Origin: Vicinamibacterales bacterium
GTDB lineage: Bacteria; Acidobacteriota; Vicinamibacteria; Vicinamibacterales; UBA8438
Length of the DNA: 64,000 bases
Assembly (NCBI GenBank): GCA_965262555.1
Contig: OZ253543.1
Location: 4,129,010 to 4,193,009, forward strand
Reading direction: 5' to 3'
A program made the position numbers and the translations under genes. The notes beneath the pieces were generated by a model. It saw only the letters and a list, made by a program, of their open reading frames with translations, ran no database searches and was not told the DNA's origin. Below are positions 53,993 through 64,000 of this stretch, one piece after another; positions within the stretch are counted from its first letter, which is position 1, and each line of letters starts with the position of its first letter.

Positions 53993-54769
53993 TTAGCCCG
54001 TTGCCTCCTCGTCCGCTGGTGGGCTGGCGTCCGGCCGATCCTGGTCAGTGTCACCTGGAACCGCACCGCCACCGGTCAGCCGGTAGAACGGCTGCTCGAG
54101 CGATCCGTCCTCCGCCAACTCGTCCACCGGCCCGTCGAACAGCAGCCGCCCGCTGTCGACCAGCAGCACGCGGTCCGCCACTGCTTCCGCCTCGTGCAGG
54201 ATGTGGGTCGAAATGAGCACCGTCTTCGTGCGGCCGAGCCGCTGAATGTTCTCGCGGAAGTGCCTGATCTGGTTGGGGTCGAGCCCGGCGGTCGGCTCGT
54301 CCATGATCAGTACGTCGGGGTCGTGCAGCAGCGCCTGCGCCATCCCGACCCGCTGCCGGTAGCCGCGCGACAGTTTACCGATCGGCTTCTCCACCACCAG
54401 CTCGAGCGCGCAGAGATCGATCACCCCGTCGATGCGCGCCTTCAGGTGGTCCACCGGCAACTCGCGCGCCTCGCCGAAGAAGCGCAGCAATTCGAGCGGC
54501 GTCATGTCGGGATAGGTCGGACCGTTTTCCGGCAGGTATCCCAAGTGGCGCGATGCGGCGATCCGGTCGCGCCGCAGGTCGTGTCCGGCAATGGCCGCCG
54601 ATCCTGCGCTCGGGGCGAGGTAGCCGGTCAACATCCGCATCATCGTCGTCTTCCCCGCCCCGTTCGGCCCGAGAAACGCGACCACCTGCCCCTGCGGAAT
54701 GACGAACGAGATGTCCTGCACGGCGACGAACGGCCCGTAGTACTTCGAAAGCCCCTGCGCCTCGATCAT
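53993..54769 (-). CDS. ABC transporter ATP-binding protein (GldA-like)
   Basis: Trimmed to the ATG at 54769 (MIEAQGLSKYYG). Walker A GPNGAGKTT, signature LSRGYRQR, Walker B LIMDEPTAGLD. An alternative start lies at 54853. Confidence 0.85.
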   Translation of the reverse strand: MIEAQGLSKYYGPFVAVQDISFVIPQGQVVAFLGPNGAGKTTMMRMLTGYLAPSAGSAAIAGHDLRRDRIAASRHLGYLPENGPTYPDMTPLELLRFFGEARELPVDHLKARIDGVIDLCALELVVEKPIGKLSRGYRQRVGMAQALLHDPDVLIMDEPTAGLDPNQIRHFRENIQRLGRTKTVLISTHILHEAEAVADRVLLVDSGRLLFDGPVDELAEDGSLEQPFYRLTGGGAVPGDTDQDRPDASPPADEEATG

Positions 54770-54905
54770 CGCCGGCGCCTCGAGCGTCTCGCCGGTGGGC
54801 GCCGCGGGATGCGGCGTCTGATCAGGCGGCGGGAGTGTGTCCGATGGCAGCATGTCGTCCGGCAGCGGCGTCTCAGGCAGATGAACAGGATAGCGAGGGA
54901 TCCGG

Positions 54906-55766
54906 CTACGGTCCAACCGGCGTGAAGTCGCTCCAGGTCCGGAACTCCAGGCGGCGGGTCCGGCGGAAGAGGACACGCGTATCGGTGTAGGTCTCGTACT
55001 GAAGGCGGGCCCAGAGGTTGTCGTCACCCAGGATCGGCCGGCGGTCGATGGAGCCGCGCGCGCGGTCGATGACGCCGAGCAGGCCCCACCAGAGGCGGAC
55101 CGGCCGGATGAGTTCGAACTCGGCGCGCGCCGGTTCGTGGGTGGCGCGATCCACCCAGACGAAGCCGCGTGCGCTGTTGAGGGCATAGTCGATGCGCCGG
55201 ACCACTGGCAGGTTGTCGGAGCGCGGGCTGAACGAGATCACGTAGCTGGGACGGTTGCGGAACTGCTCCACCGACTCGATGACGAAGGTGTACCGGTCGA
55301 TCAGCGCCCGATCGAAGACCACCTCGTCCTCGGGCGGCTCCTCGGCCGGCGCTCCCTCGGCGCGCCGCCGGAGCAACTCCTTGCGGAACGCCGCCTCGCG
55401 CTCCGCCTCCCGCTCCCGCTCATCGTCGTTCAGCGGACGGCCGTTGATGGTGAGGCGGCGCCGGAACCGCTCGCCCTCGACCGGCACGACCTCGTATTCG
55501 CCGACATCCTCGCTCTCCACCTCGCCCTCGCCGTCGAAGCGGCGGCTCTCCCGCGTCATGCGGGCACTGAAGCGGGCGTCAATCTGCTCCTCGTCGTACC
55601 AGGTGAGGCGTTCGATCATCTTCTCCATCAGGGCGTACGCCTCCCCGCCGTCACCGTTCGCGGGCTGCGCCGCCAGGGGGCGGGAGCCGTCCGGCCAGGC
55701 GAGCGTCAGCGCGGAGACGAGCGCCGCTGTGAGTCCGAGCGCGGAGACGTTGCACCGGCGCCGCAT
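54906..55766 (-). CDS. secreted hypothetical protein
   Basis: Signal peptide (ALGLTAALVSALTLAWP), 286 aa, and a G/C-rich third-position pattern. No recognisable motif. Confidence 0.5.
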   Translation of the reverse strand: MRRRCNVSALGLTAALVSALTLAWPDGSRPLAAQPANGDGGEAYALMEKMIERLTWYDEEQIDARFSARMTRESRRFDGEGEVESEDVGEYEVVPVEGERFRRRLTINGRPLNDDEREREAEREAAFRKELLRRRAEGAPAEEPPEDEVVFDRALIDRYTFVIESVEQFRNRPSYVISFSPRSDNLPVVRRIDYALNSARGFVWVDRATHEPARAEFELIRPVRLWWGLLGVIDRARGSIDRRPILGDDNLWARLQYETYTDTRVLFRRTRRLEFRTWSDFTPVGP

Positions 55767-55933
55767 CCCGTCATTCTGTCTGATCCTCGCGCCGTGCGGG
55801 AAGGATGTGTACTGGTGGGTTGCCGTGGCGGGCGGTCTGGCGGGACGCCCGCCACGGCGAACGGGCCGGTCGGTCGTGGCGCGCCCCGGCAGGCGCCGGG
55901 GGCAGTTGGAGCTGCAGGCCCGACCGGACGCGG

Positions 55934-56338
55934 CTACTCGATGACGAGCAGCGCGCCCCGAACGACCACCTCCCGGTGGCCGGAGGCGGCGATCAACTCG
56001 CCCACCACCTCATACTCGCCAGCGGGGAACCCGTGCCATTCGAAGGTGTGCACCTTCTGGGAGTCCTTGCCCGTGAGCCAGATGGTAGAGCTGCGGAAGT
56101 GCGCACCGGAGTCGGCGGTGATCCGAAGCTCCTCGGTTTCGTCCGTCGGCTCAATCTTGACTTCGATCTCGACCATGCCGGGCGACTGCACCACGAGCGG
56201 AGCGGGCATCACGCGGGGCGTTGCGACACTGCTGACGAACGTCTGCTGCCACAGCGCAGCCGGTTCCCCGGCCGCCACGGGCGCCGCGAGCGCCGCCATC
56301 GGACCAAGGCAGAGGGCAAACTGCAGCATCCGACGCAT
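55934..56338 (-). CDS. small secreted hypothetical protein
   Basis: Trimmed to the ATG at 56338 after AGGAGGTGG. Signal peptide MRRMLQFALCLGPMAALAAPVAAG. Confidence 0.5.
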   Translation of the reverse strand: MRRMLQFALCLGPMAALAAPVAAGEPAALWQQTFVSSVATPRVMPAPLVVQSPGMVEIEVKIEPTDETEELRITADSGAHFRSSTIWLTGKDSQKVHTFEWHGFPAGEYEVVGELIAASGHREVVVRGALLVIE

Positions 56339-56462
56339 GGTTCCACCTCCTGTTGTCGCGCCCGCCCCTCGCTGGGCGGGCGGTGACACTGACAGGAAGA
56401 TATATTACTACAGCGTTACGGAAATGTAACCAAGATTTAACATTAGATATTTCTTCCCGCTT

Positions 56463-59400
56463 TCAGTGGAAATCCCGGCTGCCAGCGGTAGCCGGCGTGG
56501 TGTCGAGACGGGGATCCCAGAGGGTGTCGGCAACGATGTGAACAACGCCGTCCGTTACCTGGAGGCGACCGGTGACGCCGAGGAACGAGGCGGTCTTCGC
56601 CAGGACGGCGTGCCGGTCGAACACCCGCTTCCAGATGACGACGTTGACGAAGCCGGTCTCGTCCTCCAGCGTCATGAAGGTGACGCCGGACGCGGTGGCG
56701 GGGCGCTGCCGGCAGATCACCAGCCCTGCGTAGCGAACCTCACGACCGTCGCGCATCGCGGCGACGGTGCGGGCGTCGGGCAACCGCTGCGCGGCGAGCG
56801 TGTTGCGCAACGGCGCGAGCGGATGGCCGGCGGTGCTGTGGCCGTTCGCGGCGTAGTCCCAGGTGATGGTCTCGAAATCGCTGAGCGGGTCGAACGCCGG
56901 CGTCCGCTCGCTCGGGGCGACCGGCAACGGCGGCGCGGGCGTGGCGGCCAAACCGCGCGCCTCCCAGAGCGCCGCGCGGCGCGCGTGCTCGAACGGGGCG
57001 AAGGCGCCCGCTTCGGCCAGGCGGCGGAGTGCGGCGTCGTCCAGGCGGGCGCGGCGGGCGACATCCGCCACCGATCGGAACGGCCGCGCGGCGCGCGCGC
57101 GGGCGAGCGGCGCGAAGTCGCGCTTCTCGGAAAAGCCCTTGACGTAACGGAAGCCCATGCGGACGGCGAAGCAGGGAGTGGCCGCAGCCTCGAGCGTGCA
57201 GTCCCACTCGCTGGCGGTGACGTCGACCGGGCGCACCTCGACGCCGTGACGGATCGCGTCGTCGACAATCGTCGCCGGCGTGTAGAAGCCCATCGGCTGC
57301 GCGTTGAGCAGCGCGCAGGTGAAGACGTCCGGGTAGTGGCAGCGGAGCCAGGCGGCGCCGTAGGCGATCAGCGCGAAGCTGGCGGCATGGCTTTCCGGGA
57401 AGCCGTACTCACCGAAGCCCCGAATCTGATCGAACACCCGCTCGGCGAACTCCGGCGCGATCCCCTTTGCCACCATCCGCGAGACGAGTCGTTCGCAGTG
57501 CCGCTCGATGCGGCCGCGCTGCCGCCACGCCCCCATGTCGCGCCGTAACTGATCCGCCTCGCCAGGCGTGTAGTCGGCCGCCACCATGGCCAGCCGCATC
57601 ACCTGCTCCTGGAACAGCGGGACGCCGAGCGTCTTCCGCAGCACCGGCTCGAGCGACGCATGGGGATACACCACCGGTTCCTCGCCGTTCCGGCGTCGCA
57701 GGAACGGATGGACCATGCCACCGGTGATCGGTCCGGGACGGACAATGCTTATTTCGATCACCAGGTCGTAGTAGCAGCGCGGGCGGAGCCGCGGAAGCAT
57801 CGCCATCTGGGCGCGGCTCTCGATCTGGAAGACGCCGACCGTGTCCGACCGGCAAATCTGATCGTAGGTGGCGGGATCGTCCTGCGGGATCCGGTCGAGC
57901 GAGAGCGACCGGCCGTAATGACGATCGAGCAGACGGAAGCCCAGATCGAGATGCGTCAACGCACCCAGGCCCAGCAGGTCCACCTTGAAGAGGCCGAGGT
58001 CTTCCAGGTCCTGCTTGTCCCATTGAATGACGGTCCGATCCGCCATCGTGGCGTTCTCGATCGGCACCAGCGTGTGGACCGGTTCGTGCCCCAGGAGAAA
58101 GCCGCCAGGATGAATCGACAGGTGCCGCGGCATGTCCTGAATCTCCGACGCCAGGCGGAACAGGTGGCGGGGCGCCGGATCCGCCGGGTCGAAGCCGGCG
58201 CGCGCAAGCTGCGTCAGGTCGAGCCGGTCATGGTGCGACAGCAGCCGCGCGAGGCGGTCGGTTGTGCCAGCGTCGACACCAAGCACCTTGCCGACGTCGC
58301 GCACCGCCGAGCGGCCGCGGTACCGGATGACATTCGCCGTCAGCGCCGCATGGTCGCGGCCGTACGTCTGGTAAACATGCTGAATCACCTCCTCGCGGCG
58401 CGCGTGCATGATGTCGAGGTCGATATCGGGCGGCTCGCGCCGCTCGCGCGACAGGAACCGCTCGAACAGCAGTTCGACGCGCGTCGGATCGACCGCGGTG
58501 ATCCCGAGGCAGTAGCAGACGACCGAGTTTGCCGCCGAGCCGCGCCCCTGGCAGAGAATCTCCTCGCGCCGGCAGAACTGCACGATCTCGTGCATCGTCA
58601 GGAAGTAGCCGCCGTAGTCCAGCTCGTCGATTAGCTCCAGCTCGCGATCGATCTGCTCGCGGATCGTGCGCGGGACACCTCCCATCTCGCCCGTCGCATT
58701 GACGCCGCCGCCCCCCCGGCCGAAGCGTTCGCGCGCGCCGCGCAGGGTGAGCTCGCGCAGCCAGGCGGAGGCGGACCGGCCGTCGGACAACCGCTCGGCC
58801 GGGTAGCGGTAGCGGAGCTCGGCGAGCGAGAACGTGCAGCGCGCCGCCACCTCGCGGGTCCGGTCGACGAGCGCCGGGTCGTCAGCGAAGAGGCGCGTCA
58901 TCGCGTCGGGCGACTTCAGGCCATGCTCGGCGTTCGGCTTCGTCAGGCGGCCGGCGGTGGCGAGCGTCACGCCGTGGCGGATGCAGGTGAGGACATCCTG
59001 CAGGTCGCGGCGCGACGGCGCGTGGTAGAGCACCTCGGTGGCGGCGACAAGCGGGATGCGGGCGCGTGCGGCGTGACAGCGCGCGCTCCCTTCGTAGCGG
59101 ACCTCCTCCGGGCGGCGGTGACGCGGGAGCATCGCGTAGAGGCGGTCGCCGAACGCGTCGCGCAGCATGCAGGCGACGGCGGCGGTCTGCGGATGGTCGC
59201 CGTTGCGGATGAGCAGGCTGCCCTCGCCCCCCCAAAGGGCGATCAGGCCCGGGGCGTGATCGCACAGTTCGCGCCAAGTGACGAGGGCGGCGCCCTTGGG
59301 GCAGCGGCGGCGGCCAATGGTGATCAGGCGGCAGAGGTTGGCGTAGCCGGCGCGGTTGGTTGCGAGAAGAACGCAGGTGGAAGATGCCGGCCTGGAGGCC

Positions 59401-59717
59401 GGCGCACCAGTACGGCGGACCGGGGGGCCGGCATGTCGCGCGGCGGGCGGTGCCGGCCTGGAGGTCGGCGCACCAGTAGAGGCCGGCGCACCAGTGGGCG
59501 CATCGCCGGCGACCGTGAGTTCGGCGCCGATGAGGAGGTGGACGCCGAGCTCCTGCGCCTTCATGTGGGCACGGACGACGCCGTGGACGCCGTCGCGGTC
59601 GGTCATGGCGATGGCGGAGAGGCCGAACGCGTGAGCCTGCTCGATCAGTTCTTCGGGATGGCTCGCCCCTTCGAGAAACGAGTAGTTGCTCTTGCACCAG
59701 AGCGGGACGTACGCCAT
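56463..59717 (-). CDS. dnaE2: error-prone DNA polymerase III alpha-like subunit DnaE2 (ImuC)
   Basis: N-terminal PHP domain ([23 protein letters not shown]), a Pol IIIa core, and an OB fold at the C-terminus. It is the last gene of the lexA-imuA-imuB cassette. Confidence 0.9.
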   Translation of the reverse strand: MAYVPLWCKSNYSFLEGASHPEELIEQAHAFGLSAIAMTDRDGVHGVVRAHMKAQELGVHLLIGAELTVAGDAPTGAPASTGAPTSRPAPPAARHAGPPVRRTGAPASRPASSTCVLLATNRAGYANLCRLITIGRRRCPKGAALVTWRELCDHAPGLIALWGGEGSLLIRNGDHPQTAAVACMLRDAFGDRLYAMLPRHRRPEEVRYEGSARCHAARARIPLVAATEVLYHAPSRRDLQDVLTCIRHGVTLATAGRLTKPNAEHGLKSPDAMTRLFADDPALVDRTREVAARCTFSLAELRYRYPAERLSDGRSASAWLRELTLRGARERFGRGGGGVNATGEMGGVPRTIREQIDRELELIDELDYGGYFLTMHEIVQFCRREEILCQGRGSAANSVVCYCLGITAVDPTRVELLFERFLSRERREPPDIDLDIMHARREEVIQHVYQTYGRDHAALTANVIRYRGRSAVRDVGKVLGVDAGTTDRLARLLSHHDRLDLTQLARAGFDPADPAPRHLFRLASEIQDMPRHLSIHPGGFLLGHEPVHTLVPIENATMADRTVIQWDKQDLEDLGLFKVDLLGLGALTHLDLGFRLLDRHYGRSLSLDRIPQDDPATYDQICRSDTVGVFQIESRAQMAMLPRLRPRCYYDLVIEISIVRPGPITGGMVHPFLRRRNGEEPVVYPHASLEPVLRKTLGVPLFQEQVMRLAMVAADYTPGEADQLRRDMGAWRQRGRIERHCERLVSRMVAKGIAPEFAERVFDQIRGFGEYGFPESHAASFALIAYGAAWLRCHYPDVFTCALLNAQPMGFYTPATIVDDAIRHGVEVRPVDVTASEWDCTLEAAATPCFAVRMGFRYVKGFSEKRDFAPLARARAARPFRSVADVARRARLDDAALRRLAEAGAFAPFEHARRAALWEARGLAATPAPPLPVAPSERTPAFDPLSDFETITWDYAANGHSTAGHPLAPLRNTLAAQRLPDARTVAAMRDGREVRYAGLVICRQRPATASGVTFMTLEDETGFVNVVIWKRVFDRHAVLAKTASFLGVTGRLQVTDGVVHIVADTLWDPRLDTTPATAGSRDFH
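59385..59500. repeat. REP-like palindromic repeats embedded in frame in dnaE2
   Basis: TGCCGGCCTGGAGGCCGGCGCACCAGTA at 59385-59412, a second unit at 59451-59478, and a partial third unit to 59496. They are translated on the minus strand as TGAPAS(R/T)(P/G)A peptide repeats. Confidence 0.75.
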
Positions 59718-59759
59718 GAGCCCACACCTATTCGCAACCTGTCCGCACGTTCCACCCGG

Positions 59760-61082
59760 CTATTCCACCCGCCCCTGGCAGCACCACCGGCGGCGCGCGC
59801 GGTCGTAATAGATCCAGAGAAGGTCGCCCCCCCGCATCCTGGCGAAGTAGTAGGCGCGGCTGACCGGCGTCCGCCACCAGCCGCCGGCGACGAGGTACGG
59901 GCCAGCATGCTCCGCGGCGGATCCGGTGGGGAGCGGGCGCGGACTGGCGTAGATGCGGCGGACCATCGGGACGTCGCGGCTGCTGCCGCGCCGGTCCGGC
60001 GCCGGCGTAACGCCGCCGCCTCCGCGACCGGCAGGATGCCGGCGCCCCTGATCGCGCGGTGCGGGGAACGGGATGGTGTCGGCCGACTCCCAGGCGAAGC
60101 GCGCTTCCGGCAGGTGACCCTCGGTGAGGCGCGCCCGCGCGACGGCGGCGTCGCCGAAGCGGGCGCGGACGCGAGCGAGCGCGCGGTTCGCCACGGTCAG
60201 GTCGCGCGGCGGACGTTCGGCGAACAACCCTTCCTGTGTCGCCACCGTCCGGACGGAACGTGCGGCGACACGGAGATCGACGACGCCTCCGTCGAGCGAC
60301 ACCGACTCGAGGCGCAGACGGACCAGCGTCATCAGTTGCGCGATGTCGAGCGTCGGCGCGGCAGGACGAACCTGCTCGGTCCGCACCTCGTGCGCCAGAT
60401 CAAGCCGCAGGTGCAGCGTCAGTTCGGCCAGCATCTCGCGCTGCTCGGCAGTGGCGGCGAGCAGGCGATCCAGCAGACGCTTGACGACGAACAGCAGGCG
60501 GGTGACGTCGGTCTCCGGCTGATCGAAATCGTGCCGCGCGAGCAACGGCTCCGGTGGACGGACCGGCTGCAGCGGCGGATCCAGATCGCCCGACGCGCGC
60601 CGGTGCAGATCGTGCGCGTCACGTCCGAAACGGCGGCGGACGCCTTCGGACGGCAGCTCCAGGAACGCGCGCACCGTCCGGACGCCCAGCTTCTCGAGGC
60701 TGTCGATCAGCGCCCTGTCGAGGCCGAGGCGATCGAGCGGCGCCTTTCCGGCGAGCGCCCGTTCACCGGCGCGGTCGCGGATCACGGCGATCCGCTGATC
60801 GGCCGCCTCCAGACGCCGGGCGATCGCGTAGGTGCCGAAGCCTGTGAAGCCGACCGCGACCGTCGTCTCGCGGTATCCGTCCGCCCGGAGCGCGGCGACG
60901 ATCCGTTCCGCCCAGTGGCGGGTCGATCGATACAGGTGCGACAGTCCGGAGGCGTTCAACCAGAAGACACCCGGCTCGCCGCGCGACGGCTCGACGTCGG
61001 GGCTGAACTGGCGCAGCCGCGCGGCGATCGCGGCGGCGGCGTCCGCGCGCGCGGCAGCGTCCCGTACGTCAACGCACGCCAT
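59760..61082 (-). CDS. imuB: ImuB, Y-family polymerase-like accessory protein
   Basis: Trimmed to MACVDVRD.... Y-family fold pattern without the full catalytic acidic set, in the canonical position between imuA and dnaE2. Confidence 0.8.
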   Translation of the reverse strand: MACVDVRDAAARADAAAAIAARLRQFSPDVEPSRGEPGVFWLNASGLSHLYRSTRHWAERIVAALRADGYRETTVAVGFTGFGTYAIARRLEAADQRIAVIRDRAGERALAGKAPLDRLGLDRALIDSLEKLGVRTVRAFLELPSEGVRRRFGRDAHDLHRRASGDLDPPLQPVRPPEPLLARHDFDQPETDVTRLLFVVKRLLDRLLAATAEQREMLAELTLHLRLDLAHEVRTEQVRPAAPTLDIAQLMTLVRLRLESVSLDGGVVDLRVAARSVRTVATQEGLFAERPPRDLTVANRALARVRARFGDAAVARARLTEGHLPEARFAWESADTIPFPAPRDQGRRHPAGRGGGGVTPAPDRRGSSRDVPMVRRIYASPRPLPTGSAAEHAGPYLVAGGWWRTPVSRAYYFARMRGGDLLWIYYDRARRRWCCQGRVE

Positions 61083-61746
61083 CCGGTCCACGCCGATCCT
61101 CCTCGTCGGTCCAGCCGGGACCACGCCGCTTGTCCTTCAGCACCTCCACCTGACAGACGTACCGGCCATCGCCCCGCCGAATGCGCCGCGCCTGGCCGCG
61201 AACGGCAACAAGCGATCCGAGCGACGGCTGCCGCGCGCGCTTCGTCGTGAGGCACAGGACCAGCGCCCCCTGCGCAATCGCCTGCTCCGACAGCCGGCTC
61301 TGCGCGGTGAGCGGCAGGGTGGGACCGTCCTCCGACAGGTCAAGCACCAGCAGGCCGAACGCCCCGGAGCGGGCAATCTGATCCGCGGCGCGCAACCGGT
61401 CGTGCAGGCTGTCGAGACGGACGACCGGCAGCACCGGCAGGTCGATGCCGCCGTCGGCCGCATCGGGCGGATAGAAGGTGCTGCCGGGGCGCGTCACCCA
61501 GGCGACCGGCTCGCCCTGCTGCTGCACCTCGCGCACCAGGCTGCACGCCAGCGTGAGCGACGGCGCGCCGGAGGCGCCCGAGAGTTCCGCCAGGCAGCCG
61601 CCCAACGCGGCGCGGCTCCACCGGCCGGGTACGGGCGCGGGCACCAGGCTGCGCTGCGCCCACGCGCGCGATGCACTGGCGATGGCCCGCACCCTGCGCT
61701 GCGTCGTTGCCGTTGTCGCTGCCGCCGTTGTCGTCGTCATCGTCAC
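61069..61746 (-). CDS. imuA: ImuA, RecA/SulA-like cell-division-inhibitor-type protein
   Basis: 225 aa. CLAELSGASGAPSLTLA...AFGLLVLD resembles the degenerate RecA-fold ImuA, and the gene sits in the cassette position. Confidence 0.7.
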   Translation of the reverse strand: MTMTTTTAAATTATTQRRVRAIASASRAWAQRSLVPAPVPGRWSRAALGGCLAELSGASGAPSLTLACSLVREVQQQGEPVAWVTRPGSTFYPPDAADGGIDLPVLPVVRLDSLHDRLRAADQIARSGAFGLLVLDLSEDGPTLPLTAQSRLSEQAIAQGALVLCLTTKRARQPSLGSLVAVRGQARRIRRGDGRYVCQVEVLKDKRRGPGWTDEEDRRGPDGVR

Positions 61747-61753
61747 GTCCCTG

Positions 61754-62368
61754 TCACGGCAACGTCCGGCGCACTTCGATCACCCTCCCGAGAATGACGA
61801 CCGTGTCGGCGTCCAGCTCGATCGGATCGAACGCCGGGTTCTCGGGACGGAGCGTCACGCGTCCGCCGCCGCCCGCAACGAAGGTCTTTACCGTCGCGTC
61901 GTGATCCACCAGCGCCACGACGATGTCGCCGGTCCGCGCGGTCGGCTGGCGGCGGACGATGACCGTGTCGCCCGGCAGGATGCTGGCGCCGGTCATGCTC
62001 TCGCCACGCACGCGGAGCGCGAATAGCTCGTCCGACGATGCGCCGCGGGCGTCGACCGGAAGGTAGCCGTCCGGATCCTCAACCGCCTCGTCGAGCGCGC
62101 CGGCCGGCACCTGGCCCAGAAGCGGCACCAGCCTCGTCCGTGACCCGTCGGCCGTCACCGGCAGCCGGTAGCCGCGCGCCCGGCCCCGGTCGGCGGCCAG
62201 GCGGCCCTCCTCGACCAGCCGCTCCAGGTGGGCTCGCGCCGTCTGCACCGCTCGGAAGCCGAGCGCCGCCTGCACCTCGCGCACCGTCGGCGGCCGGCCG
62301 GCCAGCAGTTGGTCACGGACGAACGCGAAAACCCGTTCGCGCGTCTCCCCTCGTGGTGTGCGACCCAT
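61754..62368 (-). CDS. lexA: LexA repressor
   Basis: Winged-helix N-terminus (PPTVREVQAALGFRAVQTARAHLERLVEEGRL) and S24 peptidase C-terminus (ALRVRGESM...GDIVVALVD...ATVKTF). Confidence 0.9.
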   Translation of the reverse strand: MGRTPRGETRERVFAFVRDQLLAGRPPTVREVQAALGFRAVQTARAHLERLVEEGRLAADRGRARGYRLPVTADGSRTRLVPLLGQVPAGALDEAVEDPDGYLPVDARGASSDELFALRVRGESMTGASILPGDTVIVRRQPTARTGDIVVALVDHDATVKTFVAGGGGRVTLRPENPAFDPIELDADTVVILGRVIEVRRTLP

Positions 62369-62517
62369 GGGAAACGTGGACTATTGCATACATATGTCTG
62401 TTTTTCAACCCTCTTTTTCAGCGCCTGGCGGGAGGCTGGAATCGCCGCTTGCGTGGTGCCTGGCGGCTATGGTAGAAACGACGGGTAATTCTGTCTTCGG
62501 AGCGAGGAGAAACTCTC

Positions 62518-63846
62518 ATGACCTTCAAGCGGACGCTCGTCGCCCTGTTCGTGTTCGGCGTTACGGCGGTCGCCGCCGCACCTGGTTTCGCCGCGGAGAA
62601 CGAGGCCGAAGCCGAGGCGACGTACTACAAGGACGTGCTGCCGATCATGCAGGCGAACTGCCAGACCTGCCATCGGCCGTCCGGCTACAACATCAGCGGC
62701 CTGATTGCGCCGATGTCGTTCATGGACTACGCCGAGACGCGCCCCTGGGCCCGCGCCATCGCCCGCAAGGTGGAAGCGCGCGAGATGCCCCCCTGGTTCG
62801 CGTCGGCGCCGAAGGGGGTCTTCGAGAACGAGCGGGGTCTGACCGACGACGAGATCGACACGATCGTCCGCTGGGTCGAGGCGGGCGCACCCGCCGGTGA
62901 TGCGGCCGATGCACCGCCGGCGCAGCAGTGGGCCGAGGACGCCAATGACGGCTGGACGTTCGGCACGCCCGACTTCGTCGTGACGATGCCGGAGCCATAC
63001 CTGGTCGAGGACGACATCTACGACCTGAACATCTCCTTCTACACGAAGATTCCGGAGGAAGTGCTGTCGGAGGATGTCTGGATCCGAGGCTGGGAGATGC
63101 GCGTGGGCGACAATGCGATCACCCACCACATGTGCTCGTCCGTCCTCTCGCCCGGCGTCTACCTGCCGGACGGGCCGGTCGAGGACGAGGGGGCCGACAC
63201 GCCCGACAGCCGGCTGCTGAGCTGCGTCGCCGAGGGTGGCGAGTCGGGGCTGCTGCCGGAAGGCTTCGGCGTGCTGATCGAGAAGGGGTCGAGCATCTCC
63301 TTCAACCTGCACTACCACAAGGAACCGGCGGAAGGCTCTGCCGCCTGGAGCACCCCCGAGCTGGGCTTCTTCGTCGCCGACGAGAAACCGAAGTACCCCG
63401 TGATCACCGACTCGCTCTACAACCGCGGGTTCGAGATTCCACCGAACCACCCGAACTACCGGATCGGCTCGTCGCGCGTCCTCGACACGGACATCTACGT
63501 GCTCAACTTCTGGCCGCACGCGCACTCGCGCGCGGTCGCCGCACGCTACATCGCCTTCTACCCGGATGGGACGGAAGAGTTGCTACTCGACGTGCCCCGC
63601 TACGATCAGGGGTGGCAGGTGACCTACAAGTACACGGAGCCGAAGCTGCTGCCGAAGGGGACGCGGATCGACGTCGACTTCTGGTACGACAACACGCCGG
63701 AACGGGCGGCGCGGGAGAAGTTCAACCCGAACCGGTTCGTCGGCTACGGCCCGCGGACTGACGACGAGATGTCGCTCGGCTTCATCGGCTACGCGACGAT
63801 TGACGACGCGGAGGCGATGCCGACGACGAACAACAACAACAACTGA
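62518..63846 (+). CDS. secreted CxxCH-motif protein with a copper-monooxygenase-like C-terminal region
   Basis: Signal peptide, YYKDVLPIMQANCQTCHRP (a planctomycete-type cytochrome c motif), and the His-rich core NAITHHM...NLHYHK...WPHAHSR. The function is uncertain. Confidence 0.6.
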   Translation: MTFKRTLVALFVFGVTAVAAAPGFAAENEAEAEATYYKDVLPIMQANCQTCHRPSGYNISGLIAPMSFMDYAETRPWARAIARKVEAREMPPWFASAPKGVFENERGLTDDEIDTIVRWVEAGAPAGDAADAPPAQQWAEDANDGWTFGTPDFVVTMPEPYLVEDDIYDLNISFYTKIPEEVLSEDVWIRGWEMRVGDNAITHHMCSSVLSPGVYLPDGPVEDEGADTPDSRLLSCVAEGGESGLLPEGFGVLIEKGSSISFNLHYHKEPAEGSAAWSTPELGFFVADEKPKYPVITDSLYNRGFEIPPNHPNYRIGSSRVLDTDIYVLNFWPHAHSRAVAARYIAFYPDGTEELLLDVPRYDQGWQVTYKYTEPKLLPKGTRIDVDFWYDNTPERAAREKFNPNRFVGYGPRTDDEMSLGFIGYATIDDAEAMPTTNNNNN

Positions 63847-63889
63847 CCGGTGGCAGGCTGACGGCCGCGGGTTCGTCGTGACGTGTTCC

Positions 63890-63928
63890 GAGGGCGGGGC
63901 CGGCAAGCCCCGCCCTCTTGTGTTTGTG
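63890..63928 (+). terminator. intrinsic terminator
   Basis: GAGGGCGGGGC-cggcaa-GCCCCGCCCTC followed by TTGTGTTTGTG, about 45 nt after the stop at 63846. Confidence 0.75.
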
Positions 63929-64000
63929 CCGATGCCTTTTTCGATGCGCTGGTTCCCCTGGTTACGCCGGCAGTCTGCCGGCATCCTGATGATGGCGGCG

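Noticed and set aside
59385-59500. Short direct repeats considered as a mini CRISPR array
   Set aside because: There are only two and a half units with irregular spacing. They lie inside an open 1084-aa reading frame, and the same unit occurs intergenically at 48.2 kb. This is the behaviour of REP-type elements.
58923-61250. 775-aa plus-strand ORF
   Set aside because: It is antisense to dnaE2 and imuB, is Arg/Gly/Ala-rich, and has no domain signature.

Overview
High-GC bacterial chromosome segment. My lineage guess is Gemmatimonadota- or Acidobacteriota-like, based only on gene content: futalosine genes, a GldG-type ABC transporter and DUF5916 proteins. I found no rRNA and no CRISPR array. 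The six-frame track is full of long antisense shadow ORFs, as expected at this GC content, and I discarded most of them.

Left core (1-15.06 kb): mqnD/mqnB, an internally deleted MBL-hydrolase remnant, a SoxCD-like sulfite dehydrogenase, VapBC, an NHL lipoprotein, a DUF5916/CBM9-like protein, a GntP permease, HipBA and a PQQ dehydrogenase.

Centre (about 15.07-34.95 kb): a roughly 20 kb mosaic genomic island abutting tRNA-Ser(GCU).
- It has three intact P4-type tyrosine integrases, one decayed integrase, an IS110/IS1111-type IS, an IHF/HU gene, a decayed vapC and a stranded methyltransferase fragment.
- Its defence cargo (22.7-30.5 kb) consists of a type II R-M pair, a small helical protein, and a 1391-aa Mrr-nuclease/SF2-helicase/N6-methyltransferase fusion.
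- The cargo is bracketed by nested imperfect inverted repeats.

The most unusual signal is a five-copy family of 80-113 nt three-way-junction elements inside those repeats. The copies differ by compensatory base changes and strand-specific G-T wobbles. They sit next to iteron-like GGTGTAAG/GGTACACC arrays, and the IS is inserted exactly in an associated hairpin loop.

Right core (35-64 kb): an M24 peptidase, a sugar dehydrogenase, a second DUF5916 protein, leuBA, a TonB receptor locus, a LysR regulator, leuCD, a GldA/F/G-like ABC transporter, the lexA-imuA-imuB-dnaE2 mutagenesis cassette (with a REP-like element read in frame inside dnaE2), and a CxxCH secreted protein.
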